36,650 nucleotides of DNA. Origin: Octopus sinensis. Its lineage: Eukaryota. This document shows positions 11,232 through 20,735 of the stretch, piece by piece. Made by a program: the position numbers and the translations under genes. Where the stretch lies: the NCBI RefSeq assembly GCF_006345805.1, contig NW_021824683.1, positions 1-36,650 of the forward strand, written 5' to 3'. Within the stretch, counting starts at the first letter, position 1. Each line of letters begins with the position of its first letter. The notes beneath the pieces were generated by a model. It saw only the letters and a list, made by a program, of their open reading frames with translations. It did no database searches and was not told the DNA's origin.

Positions 11232-11556
11232 TAGTTACAGAGATGTACTTGCATAGCAAGTGACTTGATCTGAGATCGTGTGCTGGAACGAAAACAGTTG
11301 CAGCGTTGAAGGTGTTTATAAGCCATTTAAGAAACACACAAAAACCGTTAGATTCACTTCAACATTTAAATTAAATTTGTCAAAATATTTTCGTCGCTTT
11401 GAGACCGCGACCTGTTAGAACGATATTTTTGTCAGTGAACAGGTCGCGGTCTCAAAGCGACGAAAATATTTTGGCAAATTAAATTTAAATGTTGAAGTGA
11501 ATGTAACGGTTTTTGTGTGTTTCTTAAATGGCTTACAAACACCTTCCACGCTGCAA
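11232..11556. mobile_element. Penelope-like terminal repeat fragments in inverted (fold-back) arrangement
   Basis: Arms 11298-11416 and 11438-11556 are near-perfect reverse complements, and the repeat contains a hammerhead fold. Inverted truncated termini plus hammerheads are known PLE hallmarks. No RT or GIY-YIG coding sequence seen. Confidence 0.6.
11428..11478 (+). ncRNA. Minimal type I hammerhead ribozyme, G3-C8 core variant
   Basis: Stem I UUUGUCA/UGGCAAA; core GUGAACA plus an extra G; stem II GUCGC-ggucucaaa-GCGAC; GAAA; palindromic mini stem III AAUAUU. Predicted cleavage between 11471 and 11472. Confidence 0.7.
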
Positions 11557-11624
11557 TATATATATACACACATATATATATATGTATGTATGTATGTGTG
11601 TATATGTGTATGCATGTATGTGTG

Positions 11625-11846
11625 TGTGCGTGTCTGTGCTTGTGATTGTCCTCCACCACTGCTTGACAACGAATGTTGGTTTGTTTACATCCCTGTCACC
11701 TAGTGGTTTGACAAAGGAAACAGATAGAATAAGTACAATGCTTACAAAAATAAAACTGGAGTTGATTCATTAAACTACAATTCTTCAAGGCATTGCCCCA
11801 GCATGGCCACAGAGCAATGGCTGGAAAAAGCAGAAGAATAAAAGAA
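11625..11846 (+). mobile_element. SINE family A 3' half (diverged)
   Basis: GCTTGACAAC...GATAGAATAAGTAC...CCCCAGCATGGCC...AGAATAAAAGAAT matches the 3' half of 1402-1812. Confidence 0.75.
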
Positions 11847-11848
11847 TT

Positions 11849-12032
11849 GAGGGGGACCTCTACATGGTAGCTAGACCTGGTAGAAATAGCAGCAAAATTT
11901 CCCCCAAATCACACCTTACTGTCTTATATGTATATATGTATGTATGAGCCTATGAGGGAGACCCCTACATGGCAGCTAGACATGGTAGAAATAGCAGCCA
12001 AATCTCCCTCAAATCACACCTTACTGTCTTAT
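11849..12032 (+). repeat. Two ~80 bp direct copies separated by a short TA/TG spacer
   Basis: CTACATGG.AGCTAGAC.TGGTAGAAATAGCAGC.AAAT.TCCC.CAAATCACACCTTACTGTCTTAT at 11849-11927 and 11954-12032. Confidence 0.8.
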
Positions 12033-12079
12033 CTTTCTGCTACTTGGATATAGGTGTTATATTCGTCTAAAAAAACTTT

Positions 12080-12540
12080 CCTGTCACACACTCACGCACA
12101 CGCACACACACACACACGCACCGTCACACACACACACACGCACACACACACACACACACACTCACACACACGCACGTTAGCTTACAATTTTATTTATATA
12201 TTTGCGTGTGTATGTGTGGAAAGAGGAAGTGGGAGGCAGAGTGAAAGAATCACTCACTACAGTAAGTGAATTAGTTTCATTTTATTCGTTGCCCACTGTG
12301 TGTGTGCGTTTGCGTGTGGTGTAAACCAGACTAAGAAAAGCATTTGACACACACACCAGAATGTGAGTTTTCTGTAAATTTTGCTTAATTGGAGTTTAAA
12401 TTTTAAAAACTGGACCTGGCATGACGCGATGCATTGTACTCTTAAAAATGCCAGGTAAATTGTAATTGAAGAAATCCTATATTGTAGATTGTATAACTCC
12501 CAAAGGGAGGCAGATAAAATCTGCCTTTTATAATAAGAGA
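12080..12540 (-). mobile_element. Internally deleted Helitron derivative, head-to-head with the autonomous element
   Basis: 12540-12272 is the reverse complement of 12547-12812. 12247-12080 is a more diverged match to 13033-13208. Starts A|TCTCTTATTATAAAAGGCAG; no clear 3' hairpin or CTAG of its own. Confidence 0.75.
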
Positions 12541-13672
12541 TATATATCTCTTATTAAAAGGCAGATTTTATCTGCCTCCCTTTGGGAGTTATACAAATCT
12601 ACAATATAGGATTTCTTCAATTACAATTTACCTGGCATTTTAAGAGTACAATGCATCGCGTCATGCCAGGTCCAGTTTTTAAAATTTAAACTCCAATTAA
12701 GCAAAATTTACAGAAAACTCACATTCTGGTGTGTGTGTCAAATGCTTTTCTTAGTCTGGTTACACCACACGCAAACGCACACACACAGTGGGCAACGAAT
12801 AAAGTGAAACTAGATGTAATATTTAAAAAGAAAGCAGCAAACAGAAACAAATAAATACATAATGATTTACTCCTCACACAACTTCAATTAACTTTATTTC
12901 TTCAATTACACTTTACCTATGATTTTTCAAAGAACTTTCATTGGTTCATGCCATACAAAATTTCTTTCAATTTCACCCCCAATTAAGACAAAATTCGAGA
13001 AAACTCAATATTTTAACATTTCACTTTGAAGCCTTTACTCTGCCTATTACTCCAACTTCCTCTTTAGACACATAGACACGCTAATATATACGACAGTGTC
13101 AATTGTTGACAGACATTGTAAGCTAACGTGTGTGTGTGTCTGTGTGTGTGTGCGTGTATCTGTGCGTGTGTGTCTGTGTGTGTTTGTGTGTGGTGTGTGT
13201 GTGACAGGGGTGAGCCATTCAGACTGGTCATCCATTTTGGCGAGAAGATCCCTATTATAATACATCAGTTCCACACATTTACCCTGGATTCCATTTCGGA
13301 CAACTGCACAAACATTTGCCATTTCACACATGTATGTAAACAAATTCCTTTCTTTAAAAAATTTCAATTCATTTTCTTTTTTCAATTTACGTTTCTATAC
13401 ACTTTACGCAAATATTTGATTAAACAACTAAAACACTTCACATTTCGAACATGTACGTAAACTACTTCTTTATTGCAAATCTAACTTTCTTTTCTGGCTT
13501 TTAACTCAAATTTCTATACATTTTACACACTCTGTCGCTATACTTGCATAAAAAATTTCTTTCAGCTGCTAATATTTATTTCTTTTCCTTCCACGCTTTA
13601 CATTTTTCCACATTTCATTCAAATTACAATTTCTATCTTTAAGTAACTTTCACCCTTTCTTTTTCACATAAA

Positions 13673-16600
13673 ATGCCACCGAAAAAGAGAAGTCACTCGG
13701 CCGCCATACTGCAGCAGCAGCTGCGAAAAAAGCGAAGCGCAGCGCCATAAACGCTTCTGCTGTTGCTGCACAAGGGCTTCAGAGGACCCACAACAAAGGG
13801 CCACTCGACTGGCTACAAACGCTGCGGTTGCTTCATACGATGCTGCTTCGGCTTCACACGGTCGGAAACGCGTAAGCGCAAGCCATAAACGCTTCTGCTG
13901 TTGCTGCACAAAGGGCTTCAGAGGACCCACAACAAAGGGCCACTCGACTAGCTACAAACGCTGCGGTTGCTTCATACGATGCTGCTTCCACGGCTTCAGA
14001 CGGTCGGAAACAAGGTCGAAGCGCAACGCCATAAACGCTTCTGCTGTTGCTGCACAAAGGGCTTCAGAGGACCCACAACAAAGGGCCACTCGACTGGCTA
14101 CAAACGCTGCGGTTGCTTCATACGATGCTGCTTCCACGGCTTCAGACTCACAACAAAGGGCTTCAGAGGACTCACAACAAAGGGCCACTCGACTGGCTAC
14201 AAACGCTGCGGCTACTGCTGCTTCAACATTTTCGACACATTCCCACGACTCAGACCAGCAACGTTCTACATTCCAGCGGAACAGTCGACGCCGCGGTCTG
14301 ACGAGTCCAAACAGACCTTACTGGCATCTACGTGCTTTCAAGTATGAGCCCAACTTCAATTACTCGATGCACGCTGACATAAATATTGGGAGGAAATGTT
14401 CTTCAATTGCCAATTCTGCAATGCTAAAAAGTGGGCTGGGGAACCACCTGCGATGTGCTGCTTAAACGGTAAGGTCAGCTTGCCCCCTCTTCGGGAGCTG
14501 CCAGACCCTTTGAAGGAATTACTTACTGGTTCCACCTCAAGGTCATCAAAATTCCTTCAACTCATCAGGAAATACAATTGTGCATTTCAGATGACTTCTT
14601 TCGGGGCTAACGTTGTCAGAGAAACTGGTTGGATGCCTACTTTCAAGGTCCAGGGCCAGGTGTACCACCTTATTGGTCACTCCAGCCACTACAAAATTGC
14701 AAACCTTCGTTCATTCAAATTTATTTTATTACAAATATAATAGGCAACTTGATTTGCGTTTCGACGTAATTCCACAACATGCAAACACTAACGCTGACAA
14801 TTTCGACAGGGACGTGCTGCTCACTCTGCAAAACATGATTCATGACCACAACAGCTATATTCGCAGTTTCAAATACGCCTTGGAAACAGCCCCTTCACCA
14901 ACATTCACCATTGTCATCGATGCTGACAAAAGGCCTTCTGGGGAGCACGCGCGGCGATATAACGCTCCTTCGTGCAATGAAGTGGCCATAGTTCTCCATG
15001 GTGAACAGCACAAGCAGCGGGACATAGTTCTTCAAAGCCGCGACAGTGGTCTTCAGCGTATTAATGAGACGCATCGGTCATATGACGCCCTGCAGTATCC
15101 CCTTCTTTTTCCGTATGGAGAAGACGGGTACCATTTCGGCATTCCTCACCACAAACCAAACGAGCCCTCGGCTGCGACATCTAAAACTGTTTCATGTATG
15201 GCTTTTTACTCATACCGCTTCATGACAAGGCATAATGATTTCAACCCCCTGCACAGATCACGGCAACTGTTTCACCAGTTTGCAGTTGACATGGCTGCAA
15301 AGATGGAGTCCGAGAGACTGGGCTTCATCAAATTGAATCAGAAGCAGCTGCGCTCAGACTCCTACATCCATTTGCGTGATGGCATCAGGAATGACACTGA
15401 CGCCCGCAATATCGGCAAAATGTGCATTCTCCCCTCAACCTATACAGGGGGCCCACGGTACATGCACGAGCGAACACAAGACGCTATGACTTACGTTCGG
15501 CATTATGGGCGACCCGATTTATTCATTACCTTTACATGTAACCCAAAGTGGGTTGAGGTAACGCGAGAACTTCTCCCAGGGCAGCAGTACTGTCATCGCC
15601 ATGATATTATTGCAAGGGTTTCAGCAGCAGAAACTGGCTAAGCTCATTCTTTTAATAAAAAAAGGCCAGGTTTTTGGGCCTGTTAACTGCCACATGTATA
15701 CTGTTGAGTGGCAGAAAAGAGGGTTGCCACAATGCGCACATTTTGCTTTGGTTGGTCAACAAATAGACCCAACAGTTCTTGATGATCTCATTGCAGCAGA
15801 AATTCCGGACCCAACTGTTGACCGGCACCTGTACGACATTGTGAAGGCACACATGGTACACGGTCCGTGCGGTCCTGGTTTTCAAAAGTTCTCCTCATGC
15901 CACAAAGACCACGTGTGCACTAAACGGTACCCAAAGAGGTTCGTGGACGAGACCCAGACCGGCCGCGACGGATACCCACTGTACAGAAGAAGGCACCCTG
16001 ACAATGGTGGATTCACTATAACGTTACGGGGTCATCAAGTGGATAATAGGTGGGTAGTGCCGTACTGTCCATTTCTGATGAAAACTTTTAACGCTCACAT
16101 AAATGTGGAGTTCTGTCATTCAGTCAAGTCTATAAAGTATATATGCAAATATGTTAACAAGGGTTCTGACGCTGCCATGTTTGGCCTTCAAAAGGACAAT
16201 AGCATGGACGAGGTGTCACAGTACATGGCAGGTCGGTACATAAGCAGTGGTGAAGCTTTTTGGCGGATATTCGGGTTTCCACTTCACCAAAGGCACCCCG
16301 CCATCATACAACTAGCGGTTCATTTGGAAAATGGCCAACGAATTTACTTTACTGAACATACTGCAGCTGATTTGGCGGCAAATCCAAAACAAACAACTTT
16401 GACCGGTTTCTTTAGGCTTTGCCAACTTGACACATTTGCTAAAACACTTTTATACCCTCAGGTCCCGTCCTACTACGTGTGGTCAAACAACAATTGGGTG
16501 CGTAGGAAGTCGGGTCAGGATGTTGAAGGACATCCTGGTGTCAAGTTTAACAGTTGTCTAGGAAGAGTATACACTGTACCTCCAAACCAACATGACTGTT

Positions 16601-18478
16601 TTCACCTGCGCCTTCTCCTCCATGAGGTTTTAGGCCCACAAAGTTTTCAAGACATCAGAACTGTTGATGGTATATTATGTGATACTTTCCGTGAAGCCTG
16701 TTTTCGGCGTCGACTTTTGGAGGATGATTCACAATGGGGCGCCACTATGGCAGAAGGTGTTTCATTAAAATCTCCTAAAAAAATAAGATCGCTTTTCGCT
16801 ATTCTATTACTATGGTGTGACTTGGCTAATCCCGCCTCTTTATGGCTTACCTACAAAGATGATATGTCTGAAGATTTCCTGCATCACGCTCAATCGCTAC
16901 ATCCATCAATGGAGGTCGGGTACACTGACCTCATTTACAACAGGGCGCTGCTTGAAATCGAAGATACTGTACTCGATATGGGCGGTAGTGCCTTGCCGGT
17001 CTATGGCCTACCTTCAACAAACCGGGAAGACAAACACTCTGTCTTCACATTTGCTGCGTGAGACATGTTTTAATGTTGACGAGCTTGCCGAGTACATAGC
17101 CGACAATGAGCCAAAGCTCATTCCAGAACAGAAGTTCGCTTACAACTCCGTTATTAATTCAGTCCGGGCCAAAGCTGGGGACATTTTTTTCCTGGACGCT
17201 CCTGGGGGCACTGGGAAAACTTTTGTCAACAAATTAATATTGGCTGAGATTAGGCGAACACAAGGCATTGCCCTAGCTGTGGCATCATCTGGAATTGCGG
17301 CTACTTTGTTGCCAGGCGGCAGGACAGCTCACTCTACTTTCAAACTCCCACTTGACTTAGCGAAGACTGAGACACCAACTTGCAACATCAGTAACAGCTC
17401 CGATCAGGCAGAAGTCTTCAGACGATGCAAGCTTATCGTTTGGGATGAATGCACGATGGCCCACAGAGGTGCTCTTGAGGCACTAGATAGATCTCTCAGA
17501 GACATCAAACACTCTTCAGCTCCCATGGGAGGCATAACACTTCTTCTTTCAGGGGACTTCCGACAAACACTTCCCGTTATTCCCAAAGGGACTAGAGCTG
17601 ATACTGTAAGTGCGTGTCTTAAGTCATCCACATTGTGGCCACTGGTGAAGACTCTCAAACTTCACACCAATATGCGTGCTCATATGCGACGTGATATCAC
17701 ATCAGCAGCATTTTCTCACACCCTCCTTGCACTTGGCGAAGGCAAAATACCAGGGGATGAAAATGGTAATATTGCCATCGATTCCATTTGTACCATTGTT
17801 AACACGCCTTCTGATCTCAGAGATGCAGTCTTCCCAGATCTACGAGCTAATTATCAGAATATGGATTGGATTGGCCAAAGGGCTATTCTGGCCCCGAGGA
17901 ATAAAACTGTTCACCATATTAATGATGAAATGCTAAAACTCATTCCTGGGGATGTCTATGTATATAAGTCTATTGATACAACTCCTGACCCAGACGACGT
18001 CATCAATTATCCAATAGAGGTACTCAATTCCTTTGAGCCCCCCGGACTACCACCACACATTCTCAAACTTAAAGTTGGTGCCCCTATAATGCTCATTAGA
18101 AATTTGGTTCCCCCAAAACAATGTAATGGCACACGTTTGATCGTTAAGTCCTTATCTCCCAATCTGATTGAGGCCACCATTATCACAGGGTGCGGCGAGG
18201 CAACGTTGTGCTCATACCTAGGATGCATCTTTTCCCATCAGGAGCAGACCTACCTTTCATATTTCGGAGGTCCCAGTTCCCAGTAAGGCCATGTTCGCAA
18301 TGTCAATAACAAAGCGCAGGGTCAAACACTGTCTGTGGCAGGAATACATTTGGGAGAGCCATGTTTCTCTCATGGTCAGCTTTATGTTGGCTGCTCACGT
18401 GTCGGCAGCAACAGTGATGCTTTCGCATTCCTTCCACAACGAAAAACAAAAAACATTGTGTACAAGGAGGTTTTATAG
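13673..18478 (+). CDS. Helitron RepHel protein (HUH Rep endonuclease plus PIF1-family SF1B helicase), frameshifted in this sequence
   Basis: Start MPPKKR. Cys motif CQFCNAKKW...CCLNGKV; KYNCAFQMTSFG; FKVQGQVYHLIG. Rep motifs YGRPDLFITFTCNPKW, VEWQKRGLP(HAH) and KYICKYVNKG. Helicase motifs DAPGGTGKT, ASSGIAATLLPGGRTAHS, WDECTM, GDFRQTLPV, NMRA, CNGTRL and FSHGQLYVGCSRV. Ends NIVYKEVL-TAG at 18478. Spans ORFs 14396-14740, 14613-15641, 15601-17061 and 16817-18286. Confidence 0.92.
13744..14220 (+). repeat. Coding tandem repeat in the RepHel N-terminus (~138-146 bp period, ~3.5 units)
   Basis: GCCATAAACGC recurs at 13744, 13882 and 14028. Four copies of the ASED(P/S)QQRATRLATNAA-encoding block. 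Confidence 0.9.
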
Positions 18479-19269
18479 GATTACTACGTTTCATCATTTT
18501 CAAACACGACTCTCTTTTATGACGGCATTTACATTTCTAGGCGTTTCATTACATTAATTCACACTTAACCAACACCTGTCCTTCGCTCAACTCTATTTCT
18601 ATCCATTCATCATCAAACCACCAGCCTCATCTTCTATATCCAACGTACATGACACATCTACCCCCTACATCTACACTCTCATTGTTAAAGTTTACATGAG
18701 CGACAACACGATCGCAACATACACTTTCGAAACTAATCAACAGATCATTTTATACAACAACAAATTTAATCAAAACGCCCATCAATGAAAACATCTCCAC
18801 CACTGTATTGTGATTCACCTAATCAGCACCACTACAGTCTTGCCGGTCTGACATATGGTGAGTAGATGCTATTGTTCTATATTTTATAAATTACACATAT
18901 TTACTTACCCATGCTTCATTCCTCTCTTGCCTACATATGAAATCCACTCTCTTTTAACACAGCATCAAGTTTTGTAACAGCACATCCGCTGCCGTTCGTG
19001 CAAAACGAAGAGACCCTATTCACCTGCGAACGTTTTACATCGCCTTCCACGACTATCAAATTCTTACAATTATGAGAACAATAACATGGCTCATTTCAAG
19101 GCAACCTCACATTCAATTCTTACACCATTCTACGAGGGGGTAGGAACACCTTTACATGGCTTTCTATACACTTACAATACATTCATTCGCCGTGAACTTA
19201 TATCAATATTTGCCTGAATAATCATCATAATTCAGTGCAATCATTAACAGTACTTTCAAGCAATTCAGC

Positions 19270-19297
19270 CCCGAGCAACGCCGGGCAATTCAGCTAG
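19270..19297 (+). other. Helitron 3' terminal hairpin and CTAG end
   Basis: CCCG(A)GC-AAC-GCCGGG stem-loop, 8 nt upstream of CTAG, followed by T. Confidence 0.9.
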
Positions 19298-19337
<40 letters not shown>

Positions 19338-19341
19338 GCTA

Positions 19342-19556
19342 GTGTGTGTTTGTGTCTGTGTTTGTCCCAGCTTTACCGCTTGACAACCGGTGTTGGTGTG
19401 TTTACGATCCCGTAACCAGGCGGTTCGGCAAATCAACCGATAGAATAAGTACCAGGCTAAAAAAAAAAAGGAAGTACTGGAGTGGATTCATTCGACTAAA
19501 AATTCAAGGAGGTGCCCCAGCATGGCAGCAGTCTAATAACTGAAACAAATAAAAGA
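19342..19556 (+). mobile_element. SINE family A 3' half
   Basis: Matches the 3' half of 1402-1812 and follows the (TA)n run after the Helitron 3' end. Confidence 0.85.
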
Positions 19557-19564
19557 CAGACAGA

Positions 19565-19591
19565 CAATCAGATAGATAGATAGATAGATAG

Positions 19592-19652
<61 letters not shown>
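19565..19652. repeat. (GATA)n microsatellite
   Basis: Direct reading of the tandem units. Confidence 0.95.
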
Positions 19653-19654
<2 letters not shown>

Positions 19655-20431
19655 AATGCTGACGTAAATATGAGTGTCTAAGCTTATGTATATATATATT
19701 ATATGTGAATGTATGAATGTATGTATGTACTTTGAAATGTATCTATGTATATGTGTGTATGTTCACGGCTATGTTCACGTGAGTGTCTGTAAGCAATCCC
19801 GATGTTCACGTGAGTGTGTGTAAGCAATCCCGCGTATATGAATCAATACATAGATGCCATATATGTAATGCATTTAATAAGTTAAATATGGAAATATTTA
19901 TATATGTACGTTTGTATGTGTATTTTTACGTATGAAGGCATATGTGTTATGTTTCCTTTTTTTAATTATTTGCAATCTTCCTCTAAGAAAAGAGCTGGCT
20001 TCTAACAAAGATACATAAGTCTATCGTTGTAACGTGGGTAATAAGAACAAATTCACATTTTAAACTTGAGAAAAATCTTAAATATTTTTTTACTGTTCTA
20101 CTTTCAGACTGTATTTTTGTAATATGCGAATTAACTGGTTGATTTCTTTTCTCTCGAAGCCCAAGCTTATACAGATTGTCACTAAAGGCATTTACTCACA
20201 AAACCAAGTGCATCGATAATTATTGGTATAAATGTGAATTTATCTGGATATAGAAGCTGAAGGTTTCGAAGCAGTTGTCCCTAGTTGTCCCTTTCCTCTG
20301 TTTTCTTTTTTTTTTTTTTCAGAGATATTATCTTGTCTGTTTGTTGTGTATGTACGTTATGTTACATTACGTTACGTTACGTTACGGTTTGTATGTATGT
20401 ATGTATGTATGTATGTATGTATGTATGTATG

Positions 20432-20460
<29 letters not shown>

Positions 20461-20463
<3 letters not shown>

Positions 20464-20670
20464 GTTAATCCAAACATGAAAACACAAAGAGAAAACACAA
20501 CAACGCGAGGACGTGGAACAAATATAGTATTATTGGACGCTCGGGAAGGAAGGGAAGAAGGAGGGTTTTACGTTTCGAGCGGAGCTCTTCGTCAGAAACA
20601 TAGGAAAAGGAAAGATCCAGAGAAGGGAAGACGGAGGAAAAAAATCACCAACGGTACACACGCGGTCACA
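20461..20670 (-). mobile_element. Probable Penelope-like terminal repeat fragment between (TATG)n tracts
   Basis: Contains a minimal hammerhead with a GAAACGU palindrome typical of PLE pseudo-LTRs and is embedded in microsatellite. Boundaries are approximate. Confidence 0.55.
20565..20599 (-). ncRNA. Minimal type I hammerhead ribozyme (canonical core)
   Basis: Minus strand GUUU-CUGACGA-A-GAGC-ucc-GCUC-GAAACGU-A-AAAC: 4-bp stem I, 4-bp stem II, palindromic ACGU stem III, cleavage after GUA. Confidence 0.75.
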
Positions 20671-20690
20671 TGTATGTATGTATGTATGTA

Positions 20691-20735
<45 letters not shown>

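Larger units (their letters stand above)
12547..19297 (+). mobile_element. Autonomous-type Helitron (canonical Helitron, rolling-circle transposon), 6751 bp
   Basis: 5' A|TCTCTTATTAAAAGGCAG, RepHel coding region, 3' hairpin CCCGAGCAACGCCGGG and CTAG|T at 19294-19297. The 5' boundary is supported by a second copy with the same TC start at 26823. Confidence 0.9.

Noticed and set aside
13744-14220. Regular direct repeats that might suggest a CRISPR array
   Set aside because: Contiguous coding tandem repeats with no unique spacers, in eukaryotic context with no cas genes.
13664-14347. Alternative-frame ORFs (poly-C/Q, YEATAAFVASRVALCC)
   Set aside because: Shadow or shifted frames of the RepHel N-terminal repeat.
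12547-19297. Classification as Helentron/Helitron2, or presence of a captured gene or extra endonuclease domain
   Set aside because: Ends are TC/CTAG with an AT target, motif 2 is GLPH, and the ORF stops right after the helicase. No extra ORF is visible in 18479-19297.
19771-19832. 31-bp tandem duplication containing CACGTG
   Set aside because: Two copies only, in low-complexity context; most simply a slippage duplication.
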